From an uncultured Armatimonadetes bacterium (lineage in GTDB: Bacteria > Armatimonadota > Hebobacteria > Hebobacterales > Hebobacteraceae), in the NCBI GenBank assembly GCA_963716175.1, contig OY970296.1, positions 3,680,001 to 3,744,000 of the forward strand: 64,000 nucleotides of DNA. Direction: 5' to 3'. The notes under the pieces are model-generated. The model was not told the origin of the DNA. It searched no databases and saw only the letters and a list, made by a program, of their open reading frames with translations. Shown piece by piece: positions 29,139 to 38,458 of the stretch (its first letter is position 1; each line of letters opens with the position of its first letter). A program made the translations under genes and the position numbers.

Positions 29139-29777
29139 TTATGCTGGTGCTCCAGGTTCCACCACTCCGCTCGCAGCCAGGATGGCGCGGGCGACATCCA
29201 CTAGCTTGGTCTTGGAGCAGGCGGCTTCTTTCTGCATCCGCCTGCGCGCCTCCTCTTCGGTCAGGCCGTGCTGGTCCATGAGCACCCCCTTGGCCCGCGC
29301 CACCAGCTTGCGGGCCTGCAGCAACTGCTCCAGGTGAACGGCCTGATCCCGCAGACTCTCCAGCTCCGTAAAGCGCGTCCTCGCCAGTGCCAGGGCGGCC
29401 TGAAGCTGATCAGAGGTCGCCGGCTTCAGCAGGTAGGCGAGACCGCCCGACTCGCTCACGCCGGCCAGCAGGTCCCGGTCAAAATGCCCGCTCAGAAAGA
29501 GCACCGGCAGGGGCCACTCCATGGCAATGCGCTGCGCCGCCTCGATCCCGTCTCCGTCCGGCATCTTGATGTCCATGATGATGGCTTCCGGGCGCCTCTC
29601 GGCCGCCAGCCGCACCGCCTCCGCGCCGCTCGCCGCCTCGCCAATCACCTCGTGCCCCAGCGCGCGCAACTGCGCGGCGAGCGAGGCCGCCACTGGCAGA
29701 TCGTCCTCCGCCAGCAGGATCCTCAGCCCTCTGGTCTCACCCGGAGCACGGATGCCCTGTACTAGCGATTCACTCAT
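29139..29777 (-). CDS. ANTAR-domain response regulator (PdtaR/EutV-like)
   Basis: REC (LAEDD, MDIKMP, YLLKP) plus ANTAR (ARKLVARAKGVLMDQHGLTEEEARRRMQ). Confidence 0.92.
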   Translation of the reverse strand: MSESLVQGIRAPGETRGLRILLAEDDLPVAASLAAQLRALGHEVIGEAASGAEAVRLAAERRPEAIIMDIKMPDGDGIEAAQRIAMEWPLPVLFLSGHFDRDLLAGVSESGGLAYLLKPATSDQLQAALALARTRFTELESLRDQAVHLEQLLQARKLVARAKGVLMDQHGLTEEEARRRMQKEAACSKTKLVDVARAILAASGVVEPGAPA

Positions 29778-30643
29778 TCTTCTCCCACATCCGACAGCGG
29801 AAATGCTACGCGGAAGCAAGCCCCCTCCGCATTCCAGGCCCGCACGGAACCGCCCAGATCGGAGGCGGCCAGCCGCTCCACCAATTGCAGCCCCAGGCTG
29901 TGGCCTTGCGTCGGATCGAACCCGGCCGGCAGCCCTGCACCGCTGTCATGCACCTCCAGGAAAGCGTGCCCGCGGTCGCACCCTGCACGGACCGCGATCT
30001 TGCCCTTACCGCCGCCGGCAAATCCATGCTCGATGGCGTTGGAGAGCAGCTCGGTCAAGATCAGCACGAAGGAAGTGGCCTGGCGCTCGGAGAGCTTGAT
30101 GGCGGCGACTTGGGTCTCAACTTCCAGGCGCTCGTCCGCCCCGGCCTGACAGAGAAGCTGCTGGGCCAGGCGGCGCGCTATCTCCGGCAGGTGAAACTGG
30201 TCTGAGCCGGCCTCCTGTGCCAGTAGGTCGTGGATGGCGGCAATGGAGGCGAGACGGGCGATGCTCTTCCGCAGCGCCGGCCGGGCGGCCGGCGACGCCT
30301 CCGTCAGCTCCTGGGCCGACAGCCATCCGATAAGGCCCTGCAGGTGGTTTCTGACCCGGTGGTGGATTTCCTGGAGGTGAGTGGTGCTGTCCTCCAGTTG
30401 CCGCGCCAGGCGGTCATTCTCCTGGGAAGCACGATCGGCGCGGGCGGCTCGTGCCAGCAGCTCCGAGACCAGACGCCCCTGCTGCTCGGCCAGCCGGGCC
30501 AGCAGGTTGGCCTCGTCGCGGCAGAAGCTTGACTCGTCGCCCAGGCCCTGAGGAGCCAGTAAGCTGCTCCCCGGCCCAGCCGGGACGAGCGCTGACCTAC
30601 CCCGCCTGAAGGATTCAGGCGGCTCCGACTGCTCCTGTCTCAT
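29774..30643 (-). CDS. cytoplasmic HisKA_2-type sensor histidine kinase (PdtaS/EutW-like)
   Basis: EIHHRVRNHLQ, ELLSNAIEHG, DSGAGLP, SLGLQLV; no TM segment. Confidence 0.9.
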   Translation of the reverse strand: MRQEQSEPPESFRRGRSALVPAGPGSSLLAPQGLGDESSFCRDEANLLARLAEQQGRLVSELLARAARADRASQENDRLARQLEDSTTHLQEIHHRVRNHLQGLIGWLSAQELTEASPAARPALRKSIARLASIAAIHDLLAQEAGSDQFHLPEIARRLAQQLLCQAGADERLEVETQVAAIKLSERQATSFVLILTELLSNAIEHGFAGGGKGKIAVRAGCDRGHAFLEVHDSGAGLPAGFDPTQGHSLGLQLVERLAASDLGGSVRAWNAEGACFRVAFPLSDVGEE

Positions 30644-30804
30644 CCCCCCTGCCCCCTAACAGCTTAGCGCAGATTGCGCTGCACCTTGCCCCTGCTTGCC
30701 GCTGTTCGCAAACCCTCTGTTCCGCCCGGAGAACGATTCTCCTGCTCGGTTCGCGGCGGCCCCGTCTGCTTCTGCTTCGCCATTGGGCACACCGCCTCTG
30801 CCAG

Positions 30805-31635
30805 TCAGGGTTTCTGCATCTCCTTGGCAATGACCGCAGTCGCGTGCACGATGTGGCTGAAGCGTGAGGCGTCGAGGCTGGCTCCCCCCACCAGGGCCCC
30901 GTCAATCTCGGGCTGGGACATCAGTTCGTGGGCATTGGCGTCGCTCACGCTTCCCCCGTACTGGATGCGAACCGCGGAGGCGGCCTCCGCGCCGAACTGC
31001 TTCCGGACCGCGCGCCGGATCACGCCGATCACCCGGTTCGCCTCGCCCGCATCGCAGGCCTGCCCGGTGCCGATCGCCCACACAGGCTCATAAGCCAAGA
31101 CCAGGCCCCCTACCTGGTCGGAGGTGACTTCCGCCAGACCGGTGTTGACCTGATCGGTCACAACCTCGTCCGTGCGGCCCGCCTCCCGCTCCGGCAGAGT
31201 CTCCCCTATGCACATGATCGGCACCAGGTTGTGCTTGAGGGCGGCTTTCACTTTGAGGTTGACGCTGGCGTCGGTGTCGCCGAACACCCGCATCGCCTCC
31301 GCGCCCAGCGACTCATCCGGTCGCCCGAAACGCCCCCTCCGCTCTGAGTGCCCGATGATGGCGTACTTGCATCCCAGGTCCACCAGCATCAGGGGGCTGA
31401 TCATACCGGTGAAGGCGCCGGAGTCAGCCCAGAACACGTCCTGCGCGCCCAAGGCAATCTCCGACCCCTCCAGGGCCTGGGCCACCGCGCTCAAGGCCGT
31501 GGCCGGCGGACACACCGCCGCCTCCACCCGCTCGATCCCTTGCACCCGCGGCATCAACTCCTTGACGAAGACCACGGCCTCGGCCACGGTCTTGTTCATC
31601 TTCCAGTTTCCCGCGATCAGCGGCGTTCGCGCCAT
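30805..31635 (-). CDS. tpiA: triosephosphate isomerase
   Basis: AGNWKMN, GHSERR, AYEPVWAIGTG, YGGSV, LVGGASL. Confidence 0.97.
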   Translation of the reverse strand: MARTPLIAGNWKMNKTVAEAVVFVKELMPRVQGIERVEAAVCPPATALSAVAQALEGSEIALGAQDVFWADSGAFTGMISPLMLVDLGCKYAIIGHSERRGRFGRPDESLGAEAMRVFGDTDASVNLKVKAALKHNLVPIMCIGETLPEREAGRTDEVVTDQVNTGLAEVTSDQVGGLVLAYEPVWAIGTGQACDAGEANRVIGVIRRAVRKQFGAEAASAVRIQYGGSVSDANAHELMSQPEIDGALVGGASLDASRFSHIVHATAVIAKEMQKP

Positions 31636-31691
31636 AAGTCTGACATCCTCCCAACACCAGCGGACGTGGAAGTGCCCGCCCTACCGCGACG

Positions 31692-32897
31692 TCAACGGTC
31701 CTGGAGGGCGGCGATGCCGGGCAGCTCTCTGCCCTCGAGGAACTCCAGCGAGGCCCCGCCGCCGGTGCAGACATGGGTCATCTTGTCCGCAAACCCCAGT
31801 TGCTCTACCGCGGCCACCACGTCGCCGCCGCCCACGACAGTCATCGCCTTCGACTCCGCCATGGCCTGGGCGATGGCGCGGGTGCCCTCGGCGAACCGCG
31901 GGATCTCGGTAATGCCCAACGGGCCGTTCCAGACCACGCGCTTCGCCTGCTTGATCTCGTCTGCGTACCGCTTGCGCGTCTCGGGGCCTATGTCCACGCC
32001 CATGCGATCCGCCGGGATGGCCGAGCTGGAGATGACCTCGACCGGTGACCCCTCGACGAACTTGACGCTGGGCTTGAACTCCACCCCCTCCGGCGTGGTC
32101 ACCACCACATCCACGGGCAGCATGAGCTTGGGCCCGGATTTCGCCGTCTGCTCCAGGATGCGCTTGGCGGTCTCGAAGTTCTCCTCATCCAGCACCGACT
32201 TGCCGATCTCCTTGCCCTGGGCCTTGAGGAAGGTGTAGGCCATGCCCCCGCCGATGATCAGCGTGTCCACCCGTTTCATCAGGTTCTCGATCACCCCGAT
32301 CTTGGCCTTGACTCCGCCCAGGATGGCGACAAAGGGCCGGTCCGGGCTCTCCAGCACCTTGCTCAACATCTCCACTTCCTTGCCCATCAGCAGCCCTGCC
32401 ACCGCCGGCAGAAACTTGGCCATCACCGCGGTGGAGGCATGCGCCCGATGCGCGGCACCGAAGGCGTCGTTCACATACAGGTCGGCGAGGCGGGCGAGCT
32501 GCTTGGCGAACCTCTCGTCGCCCTTCTCCTCCTCGGGGTGGAAGCGCAGGTTCTCCAGCATCACCACCTCACCCGGCTTCATCGCCTTCGCCGCCGCTTC
32601 CACCTCCGGGCCCACGCAGTCCGAGAGCATCTTCACCGGCCGCCCGAGCAGCTCCGCCAGCCGCCTCGCCACCGGCGCCAGCGACAGGGCCGGGTCCTGC
32701 TTCCCGTCGGGCCTTCCCAGGTGGGAGGCGACGATGAGGGCCCCGCCCCGGTCGAGCAAGTCCTTGAGCGTCGGCAGCGCGGCGCGGATGCGGGTGTCAT
32801 CGGTGATCTGGTCGCCCTTCAGCGGCACGTTGAAATCCACGCGCACGAACACCCGCTTGCCCTTCGGGTCAATATCCCGGATGGTTTTCTTGTTCAT
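31692..32897 (-). CDS. pgk: phosphoglycerate kinase
   Basis: RVDFNVP, SHLGRP, ENLRF, NDAFG..HRAHAS, WNGP, TGGGASLE. Confidence 0.97.
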   Translation of the reverse strand: MNKKTIRDIDPKGKRVFVRVDFNVPLKGDQITDDTRIRAALPTLKDLLDRGGALIVASHLGRPDGKQDPALSLAPVARRLAELLGRPVKMLSDCVGPEVEAAAKAMKPGEVVMLENLRFHPEEEKGDERFAKQLARLADLYVNDAFGAAHRAHASTAVMAKFLPAVAGLLMGKEVEMLSKVLESPDRPFVAILGGVKAKIGVIENLMKRVDTLIIGGGMAYTFLKAQGKEIGKSVLDEENFETAKRILEQTAKSGPKLMLPVDVVVTTPEGVEFKPSVKFVEGSPVEVISSSAIPADRMGVDIGPETRKRYADEIKQAKRVVWNGPLGITEIPRFAEGTRAIAQAMAESKAMTVVGGGDVVAAVEQLGFADKMTHVCTGGGASLEFLEGRELPGIAALQDR

Positions 32898-32917
32898 CCC
32901 CATTCCCCCGTCCGCCC

Positions 32918-32992
32918 GTAGGGCAGGTCCGCCTTGGCCGCCGGCCGTGTGGCGGCGACCTGCCCCGGCGGGCATAGGTAGGCCCGCCCTAC
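32918..32992. repeat. composite REP-like element between gap and pgk
   Basis: gtagggcaggtc...gccgccggccgtgtggcggc...gacctgccc followed by ggcgggc...gcccgccctac. Confidence 0.7.
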
Positions 32993-34014
32993 AGCTTCTT
33001 CGCGATCAGCTCCACCAGGTCAACCAGCCGGCACGAGTAGGCCCACTCGTTGTCATACCAGGACAGCACCTTCACCAGGTTGTCCCCGATCACGGTGGTC
33101 TCCCTGGCATCCACGATGGCGGAGGAGGTGCTACCCTTGACATCGCTGGACACGATAGGATCGCTGGTCACCTCCAGGATGCCCTTCATGGGGCCATTCG
33201 CCGCCGCGGTGAAGGCGCCGTTCACGGCCTCCGCGCTGGCGCTCTTCTCCAGCAAGCAGACCAAGTCAACCAGCGAGCCGGTGCCCACGGGCACCCGCAA
33301 GGACAACCCGTTCATCTTTCCCTTCAGCGGAGGCACCACCAGGTGAAGCGCCCTGGCCGCGCCGGTAGAGGTGGGGATGATGTTGAGGGCGGCCGCCCGC
33401 GCCCGGCGCAGGTCGCTCTTGTGCACGATGTCGAGCACCATCTGGTCATTGGTGTAGGCGTGCACCGTGGTCATCAGCCCCTTGATGATGCCGAAGCTGT
33501 CGTTCAGCACCTTGGCCACCGGGGCCAGGCAGTTGGTGGTGCAGGAGGCATTGGAGATCACCTTGTGCTTGGCCGGATCGAAGATCTGGTCGTTCACCCC
33601 CAGCACGATGGTGGGGTTCTCCGGGCCCGGTTCGCCCCTGAAAGGAGCGGAGACGATCACGTTCTTCGCGCCCGCGGTGAGATGAGCGGCCGCTTTGGCG
33701 GGGTCGGTGAAGACGCCGGTGGACTCGATCACGACGTCCACCCCGAGCGCCTTCCAGGGCAGCGCGGCCGGGTCTCTCTCGGCCGAGTCCTGGATGACTC
33801 TCCCGTCCACCACCAGCTTGCCGTCCTTGATCTCCACCGTCCCGGAGTAGCGGCCGAAGTTGGTGTCGTACTTGAGCAGATGGGCGTTGGTCTCCAGGGG
33901 TGCGATGTCGTTGATCGCCACCACCTCGAACGCCTTTGACTTCCGCTCCAGCATCGCCCGCATGGTGAGCCGCCCGATGCGGCCGAAGCCGTTAATCGCG
34001 ACTTTCAAGGCCAT
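32989..34014 (-). CDS. gap: glyceraldehyde-3-phosphate dehydrogenase
   Basis: INGFGRIG, SNASCTTNCL, IPTSTGAA, SWYDNE; GGAGG RBS. Confidence 0.97.
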   Translation of the reverse strand: MALKVAINGFGRIGRLTMRAMLERKSKAFEVVAINDIAPLETNAHLLKYDTNFGRYSGTVEIKDGKLVVDGRVIQDSAERDPAALPWKALGVDVVIESTGVFTDPAKAAAHLTAGAKNVIVSAPFRGEPGPENPTIVLGVNDQIFDPAKHKVISNASCTTNCLAPVAKVLNDSFGIIKGLMTTVHAYTNDQMVLDIVHKSDLRRARAAALNIIPTSTGAARALHLVVPPLKGKMNGLSLRVPVGTGSLVDLVCLLEKSASAEAVNGAFTAAANGPMKGILEVTSDPIVSSDVKGSTSSAIVDARETTVIGDNLVKVLSWYDNEWAYSCRLVDLVELIAKKL

Positions 34015-34234
34015 GATGCCTCCTCCTCGGCGCGGGCCTTGCCCGCGCTTGCTGAACCTGAACTCACTCCAGGCGGGAGCCGCGCTCCCGCCTCGCATAG
34101 GCGCCTCAGGCGCCCACTGCCATGGTGATCGGTCCTGGCCCGATGGGGGAAACCGCGCAGGCAGGGCCGACAGTCCTGGCCGGAGGTTTCCCCACGAAAA
34201 AGCCCCTCGCCGCAGCTGGCTTCAGGGCCGCCGT

Positions 34235-34264
34235 ATTCTAGCCGAACTCGCCTGGGACTGTCAA
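34235..34264 (-). promoter_or_regulatory. sigma70-type promoter of gap-pgk-tpiA
   Basis: TTGACA-N18-TAGAAT. Confidence 0.65.
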
Positions 34265-34311
34265 GAATCCGCGCCGGGCCACCGTCAGCAACCGCGAACA
34301 ATGTTGCAGCC

Positions 34312-34692
34312 TCAGCGGCTGCGCCGCCCCAGTTCGAACAACCCCGTCAAGATCGTGCTCAGCAAGCTCATCACCACCGCGCCCAGCGCGGCCGACCAGA
34401 ACCCACTCACCTCGAAGCCCCACTTCAGCGTGCCCACGAAGTAGAACACCAGCACGTTCACGAAGAGTGAGAGCGCGAAGGCCCATAGCCCGAAGGTGAG
34501 GCAGGACAGGGGCAGAGTGACGATCCTCAGGAGGAACAGAAAGGGCCTGGCGAGCATGTTGAGCAATCCCAGCGCCAGGGTCGCCGCCAGGATCTTGAAC
34601 ACACTGCCGGCCGGCCCCAGGCCAGGCAGGCCGATGTGAATGGTGATCAGCAGCGCCAGTGAGATCAGCAGCCAGCGCAGGATGAGCCGCAT
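34312..34692 (-). CDS. YvlD/DUF360-like 4-TM membrane protein ('phage holin family')
   Basis: LGLLNMLARP...LPLSCLTFGL...VN...GFWSAALGAVV. Confidence 0.8.
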   Translation of the reverse strand: MRLILRWLLISLALLITIHIGLPGLGPAGSVFKILAATLALGLLNMLARPFLFLLRIVTLPLSCLTFGLWAFALSLFVNVLVFYFVGTLKWGFEVSGFWSAALGAVVMSLLSTILTGLFELGRRSR

Positions 34693-34775
34693 GGGACCCT
34701 GACTTCTGCTGGCAGAGGGCACTCTCCTGCCGGGAAGCGACAACGGCGGGCATCCCCCACCGGCGGATACCCGCC

Positions 34776-35291
34776 TTACAGGGCCACGCGGCCACCGTCG
34801 ACCCGCACCCCCTCCAGCTCCAGCAGTCTCCGCTTCATGGGCAGGCCCCCGCCGAAGCCTGTAAGGCTGCCGTCTGACCCTACGACACGGTGGCATGGTA
34901 TCACCAGCCCAATCGGATTGTGGGCCATCGCCTGCCCGGCGGCGCGGGCGCCTCTGGGATTGCCGGCGCGAGCCGCCAGCCACGCATAGCTGCGCACCTC
35001 TCCGTAGGGAATCTCCCGCGCCGCAAGCATCGCCCGGCGGTAGAAGCGCGGCTGGCCAGACAGATCAACGCGATAGGGCTCGAAGTCCACCATCTCGCCA
35101 ACGAAGTAACGTCGAACATCGTGGGCCAGCGCGGTCAATAGCTCATCTCCCTCCCCTGGCCTGTCATGAGCAGCGGCCTCCCGCACTGCCTCCGAGTTCG
35201 CCCGCCTGGACGGCGAGCAAGCCGTAAGCTTGCCCTCGCGAGAGGCGGCGCAGATCCATCCCATAGAGGTGCGAAACAGCATGAACGCCAT
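34776..35291 (-). CDS. ogt: methylated-DNA-protein-cysteine methyltransferase
   Basis: IPYGEVRSY, ARAAG, IPCHRV, GGGLPMKRRLL. Confidence 0.92.
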   Translation of the reverse strand: MAFMLFRTSMGWICAASREGKLTACSPSRRANSEAVREAAAHDRPGEGDELLTALAHDVRRYFVGEMVDFEPYRVDLSGQPRFYRRAMLAAREIPYGEVRSYAWLAARAGNPRGARAAGQAMAHNPIGLVIPCHRVVGSDGSLTGFGGGLPMKRRLLELEGVRVDGGRVAL

Positions 35292-35356
35292 GATCGCGAG
35301 CTCCTGTAGGGCGGGTATGTCCCCGAGCGCAGCAAGGGGCATGCCCGCCGCCCTGA

Positions 35357-36373
35357 CTAATACCCGTCGCGATGCCACATCACCGGGATGGGGGACCGGA
35401 AGAGGTGCTCGATCGCATCATCCTGGTCCCGAAAGCCGGCCCGCCGAATCCATTCACCATTCGGGACCAGCACCATCAGCCCCGGGCCGACCTCGACCTG
35501 CACCGGAACCCGCTGGCGCTCCAGCAGGTTGAGCACCGGGGCATCGCCTCCCATCTGCAAGATCGCTCGGCCCCCGCCGCTTTTCAGGAACTGCTGGGCC
35601 GCCTCCCGCAGTAAGGTGACAGCCCCCTGCTCGTGACGGCGGAGATGCGCCAGCTCGGTCACCGAGAGGTGCCTCTGCTCTGGGGGACTATGGGCGGCCA
35701 GGTAGGCCACACGCTGGCCGTTCACCACTCCCACCAGCCCGCAGGCATCAAGCTGGGCAGAGAACCCATAGGGGAACGTGCCCCGGCGCGGCCAGGTTTC
35801 CCAGGAGCGCAGATCGCGCACCTGCATCCCGGTGCGGCCCTGGCTGTACTGATGGTAAATGGCGGCGAGCGCGGGCCAGTCCCGGTTGTAGTCGAGTTTC
35901 TCGATAGTGCAGGGAGCTTCGATCTCCAACCGCGCCAGCGCGCTGGCCGGACATTCGAAGCCGTCCACCTTGGGCACTTCGCGGAATCCGAAGCGAGCAA
36001 AGAAGCCGGGGACGCGGGTGGTGAGCATCGCCAGCTCGTAGCCGCGCTGGCGTATCAGGCGGAGCAGATCCTGGATCACCCGGGTGCCGAAGCCGCGGCG
36101 TTGGTAGAAGGGATGGGTGGCCACCGCGGTGATGCCAGCGACTATGACTATCTGGTTACCCACATAGACCGCGCGATGGAGCGCCACCGCCTCGGCCACG
36201 ATGACGCCATCGAGCAGGCCCACCCGCACCCGGTCGGGGTGGAAATAGGGATCGTTGACCAGGGAGTTGCGGACGATGGTGAGGCTGTGCTCGTCCACCC
36301 CAAAGGCGGCCTGGAAACAGGACAGGAACCCGTCCAGCTCGCCTTTCTGCAGCCCTCGGACTTGGAATGCCAT
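35357..36373 (-). CDS. GNAT (Eis-like) acetyltransferase
   Basis: VATHPFYQRRGFG acetyl-CoA motif; FFARFGF. Confidence 0.8.
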   Translation of the reverse strand: MAFQVRGLQKGELDGFLSCFQAAFGVDEHSLTIVRNSLVNDPYFHPDRVRVGLLDGVIVAEAVALHRAVYVGNQIVIVAGITAVATHPFYQRRGFGTRVIQDLLRLIRQRGYELAMLTTRVPGFFARFGFREVPKVDGFECPASALARLEIEAPCTIEKLDYNRDWPALAAIYHQYSQGRTGMQVRDLRSWETWPRRGTFPYGFSAQLDACGLVGVVNGQRVAYLAAHSPPEQRHLSVTELAHLRRHEQGAVTLLREAAQQFLKSGGGRAILQMGGDAPVLNLLERQRVPVQVEVGPGLMVLVPNGEWIRRAGFRDQDDAIEHLFRSPIPVMWHRDGY

Positions 36374-36376
36374 GGC

Positions 36377-38266
36377 TCAGGAAGGAGTGGCGGCGCCCAG
36401 CGCCTCGACGATCTGCCGGGCGAGCCAATCGCTGCAGCCGGCCACGGAGGCGATCTCCTCCACCGACGCCTGGCGCAGCTTCTTCAGGCTGTGGAAGTGG
36501 CCGAGCAGCCTTTGCTTTCGCTTCTCCCCCACCCCCGGGATCGCGTCCAGCATGCTCTCCCGCGCGCCCTGCGCGCGCAAGGTGCGATGATAGGAGATGG
36601 CAAACCGGTGCGCCTCGTCCCGCACTCGCTGGAGCAGATGGAGCGCCCGCGAGTGCTCCGGCAGCGAGATCGGCGCCGCCCGACGCGGCAAGTACACCTG
36701 CTCGTGTTCCTTCGCCAGCCCGGCCGCGGGCAGACGAAGCTGCAGCGAGTCCATCGCCTGCAGCGCCATGCCGAGCTGCCCCGCTCCACCATCCACCAGG
36801 ATGAGGTCCGGTAGGTGGGCGAACTTGACATTGCCGGACACGGCCGCCTTCAGCCGTCGGGATAGCACTTCGTGCATCATGGCGTAATCGTTCGGTTTAC
36901 CCGCCGGCCGTGTGGCGGGCCCACCTTCGTCCAACGTAATCCGAAATCGCCGGTAGTCGCTGCGCTTGGGCTGACCCTCCTCGAACACGATCATGGAGCC
37001 AACCGCAAGCTTGCCCTGGAGGTTGGAGATATCGAAAGCCTCGATCCGGCGTGGAGCAACCGGCAGCATCAGCACTTTCTGCAGATCGGCCACCGCTTCC
37101 TGCCCGCGGCGCTGCTCTGCGCTCTCCCGCTCCAACACTGCGCGGAGGTGGTAGTCGGCATTCTCCATCGCCATCTCCACCAGCTTCCGGCCCTTGCCGC
37201 GCCTGGGCACCTCCAGCTTCACCGCTCGTCCCCGGCGCCTCTGCAACAGCTCGTGCAGCGAGGCCGCGTCCTCGATCGCAAGCGGCAGCAGCACCCGCTG
37301 CGGCGCCGCCGCCGATTGCTGGTAGTGCTGCTTGGCGAACTCGTTCAGCGCCTCCGCCGCCGGCACCCCCGAGACCCCGGTCAGCATGAAGTTGTCCTGG
37401 CCCGTGATGCGGCCTCCGCGCACCTGGAGCACGGCCATGCAGCCGGTATCCTCCTGGAGGGCATAGCCGAAGACGTCCACGTCCTCCCTCTTGCCCAGCA
37501 CCGCGTGCTGCTCGGCCAGGGTGCGCTCGATGGCACCAATCTGATCGCGGATGCGGGCCGCCTGCTCGAACCGCAGGCCGGCCGAGGCCGCCGCCATGTC
37601 CTGGCGAAGCTGCTCCAGCACGAACTCCTGCTTGCCCTCGAGGAAATCACAGACTTGCCTCACCGCCTTCTGGTATTCCTCCGCGGTCACCGCCCCCGCA
37701 CACGGCCCCAGGCACCGGTGCATGTAGTAGTCCAGGCAGGGCCGGCGCAGTCGCAGCCCAGGCTTCCAGGCGCAGCCGCCCCGGCGCTTCGCCGAAAACA
37801 CCAGCCGCTGGCAGATGCCAAACACGCGCCGCACCAGGCGGATCGTCCCCCACATCGCCCGGGTGGAGGGATAGGGCCCGAAGTAGCGGGCGCCGTCGTC
37901 GGCAATCGCCCGCTGGCGCACTACGCACAGCGCCGGGAACTGCTCCCTGAGGTCAATCCTGATGTACTGATAGCTCTTGTCATCGCGGTTGCGGACATTA
38001 TACCGGGGGCGATACTTCTGGATCAGGTTGAACTCCAGCACCACCGCGTCCAGCTCGGAATCGGCGACCACGAAGTCCAGATCGTGAACTCGCTCCACCA
38101 GAGACTGGGTGCGCGGGTGCAGATCGGCGCTGGCTTGAAAGTAAGACCGCACCCGGTTGCGAAGGGAGCCGGCCTTGCCCACGTAGATGACGTCACCCAC
38201 CACATCCTTGAACAGATACACACCGGGCGTGGTGGGGAGCTGATCGAGCTTGTCTTGCAGGGTCAC
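36377..38266 (-). CDS. uvrC: excinuclease ABC subunit C
   Basis: PGVYLF..IYVGKA, RDDKSY, FEQAARIRD, EAFDISN, DGGAGQ, RDEAHRFAI, HhH. Confidence 0.97.
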   Translation of the reverse strand: MTLQDKLDQLPTTPGVYLFKDVVGDVIYVGKAGSLRNRVRSYFQASADLHPRTQSLVERVHDLDFVVADSELDAVVLEFNLIQKYRPRYNVRNRDDKSYQYIRIDLREQFPALCVVRQRAIADDGARYFGPYPSTRAMWGTIRLVRRVFGICQRLVFSAKRRGGCAWKPGLRLRRPCLDYYMHRCLGPCAGAVTAEEYQKAVRQVCDFLEGKQEFVLEQLRQDMAAASAGLRFEQAARIRDQIGAIERTLAEQHAVLGKREDVDVFGYALQEDTGCMAVLQVRGGRITGQDNFMLTGVSGVPAAEALNEFAKQHYQQSAAAPQRVLLPLAIEDAASLHELLQRRRGRAVKLEVPRRGKGRKLVEMAMENADYHLRAVLERESAEQRRGQEAVADLQKVLMLPVAPRRIEAFDISNLQGKLAVGSMIVFEEGQPKRSDYRRFRITLDEGGPATRPAGKPNDYAMMHEVLSRRLKAAVSGNVKFAHLPDLILVDGGAGQLGMALQAMDSLQLRLPAAGLAKEHEQVYLPRRAAPISLPEHSRALHLLQRVRDEAHRFAISYHRTLRAQGARESMLDAIPGVGEKRKQRLLGHFHSLKKLRQASVEEIASVAGCSDWLARQIVEALGAATPS

Positions 38267-38284
38267 GGGGAGATCACCACTTCG

Positions 38285-38313
38285 ATACTACCCGGAGGGA
38301 AGAGGGGTGTCAA
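38285..38313 (-). promoter_or_regulatory. sigma70-type promoter for uvrC
   Basis: TTGACA-N17-TAGTAT. Confidence 0.55.
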
Positions 38314-38458
38314 CGCGGGGGCGGGCCATCTTAGCCACCGATGAACGCAGATGAACGCCGATAACCAGTAGCCCACCCCTGCGGCTTTGCGCAGGGGTGG
38401 GGCAGTTGAAACGCGTAGGGCAGGAGCTTCTCTCCTGCCATGAATCCAAGCCCGATGG

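Noticed and set aside
34312-34692. Prophage, suggested by the holin-family label
   Set aside because: The YvlD/DUF360 family is common on chromosomes, and no phage genes are nearby.
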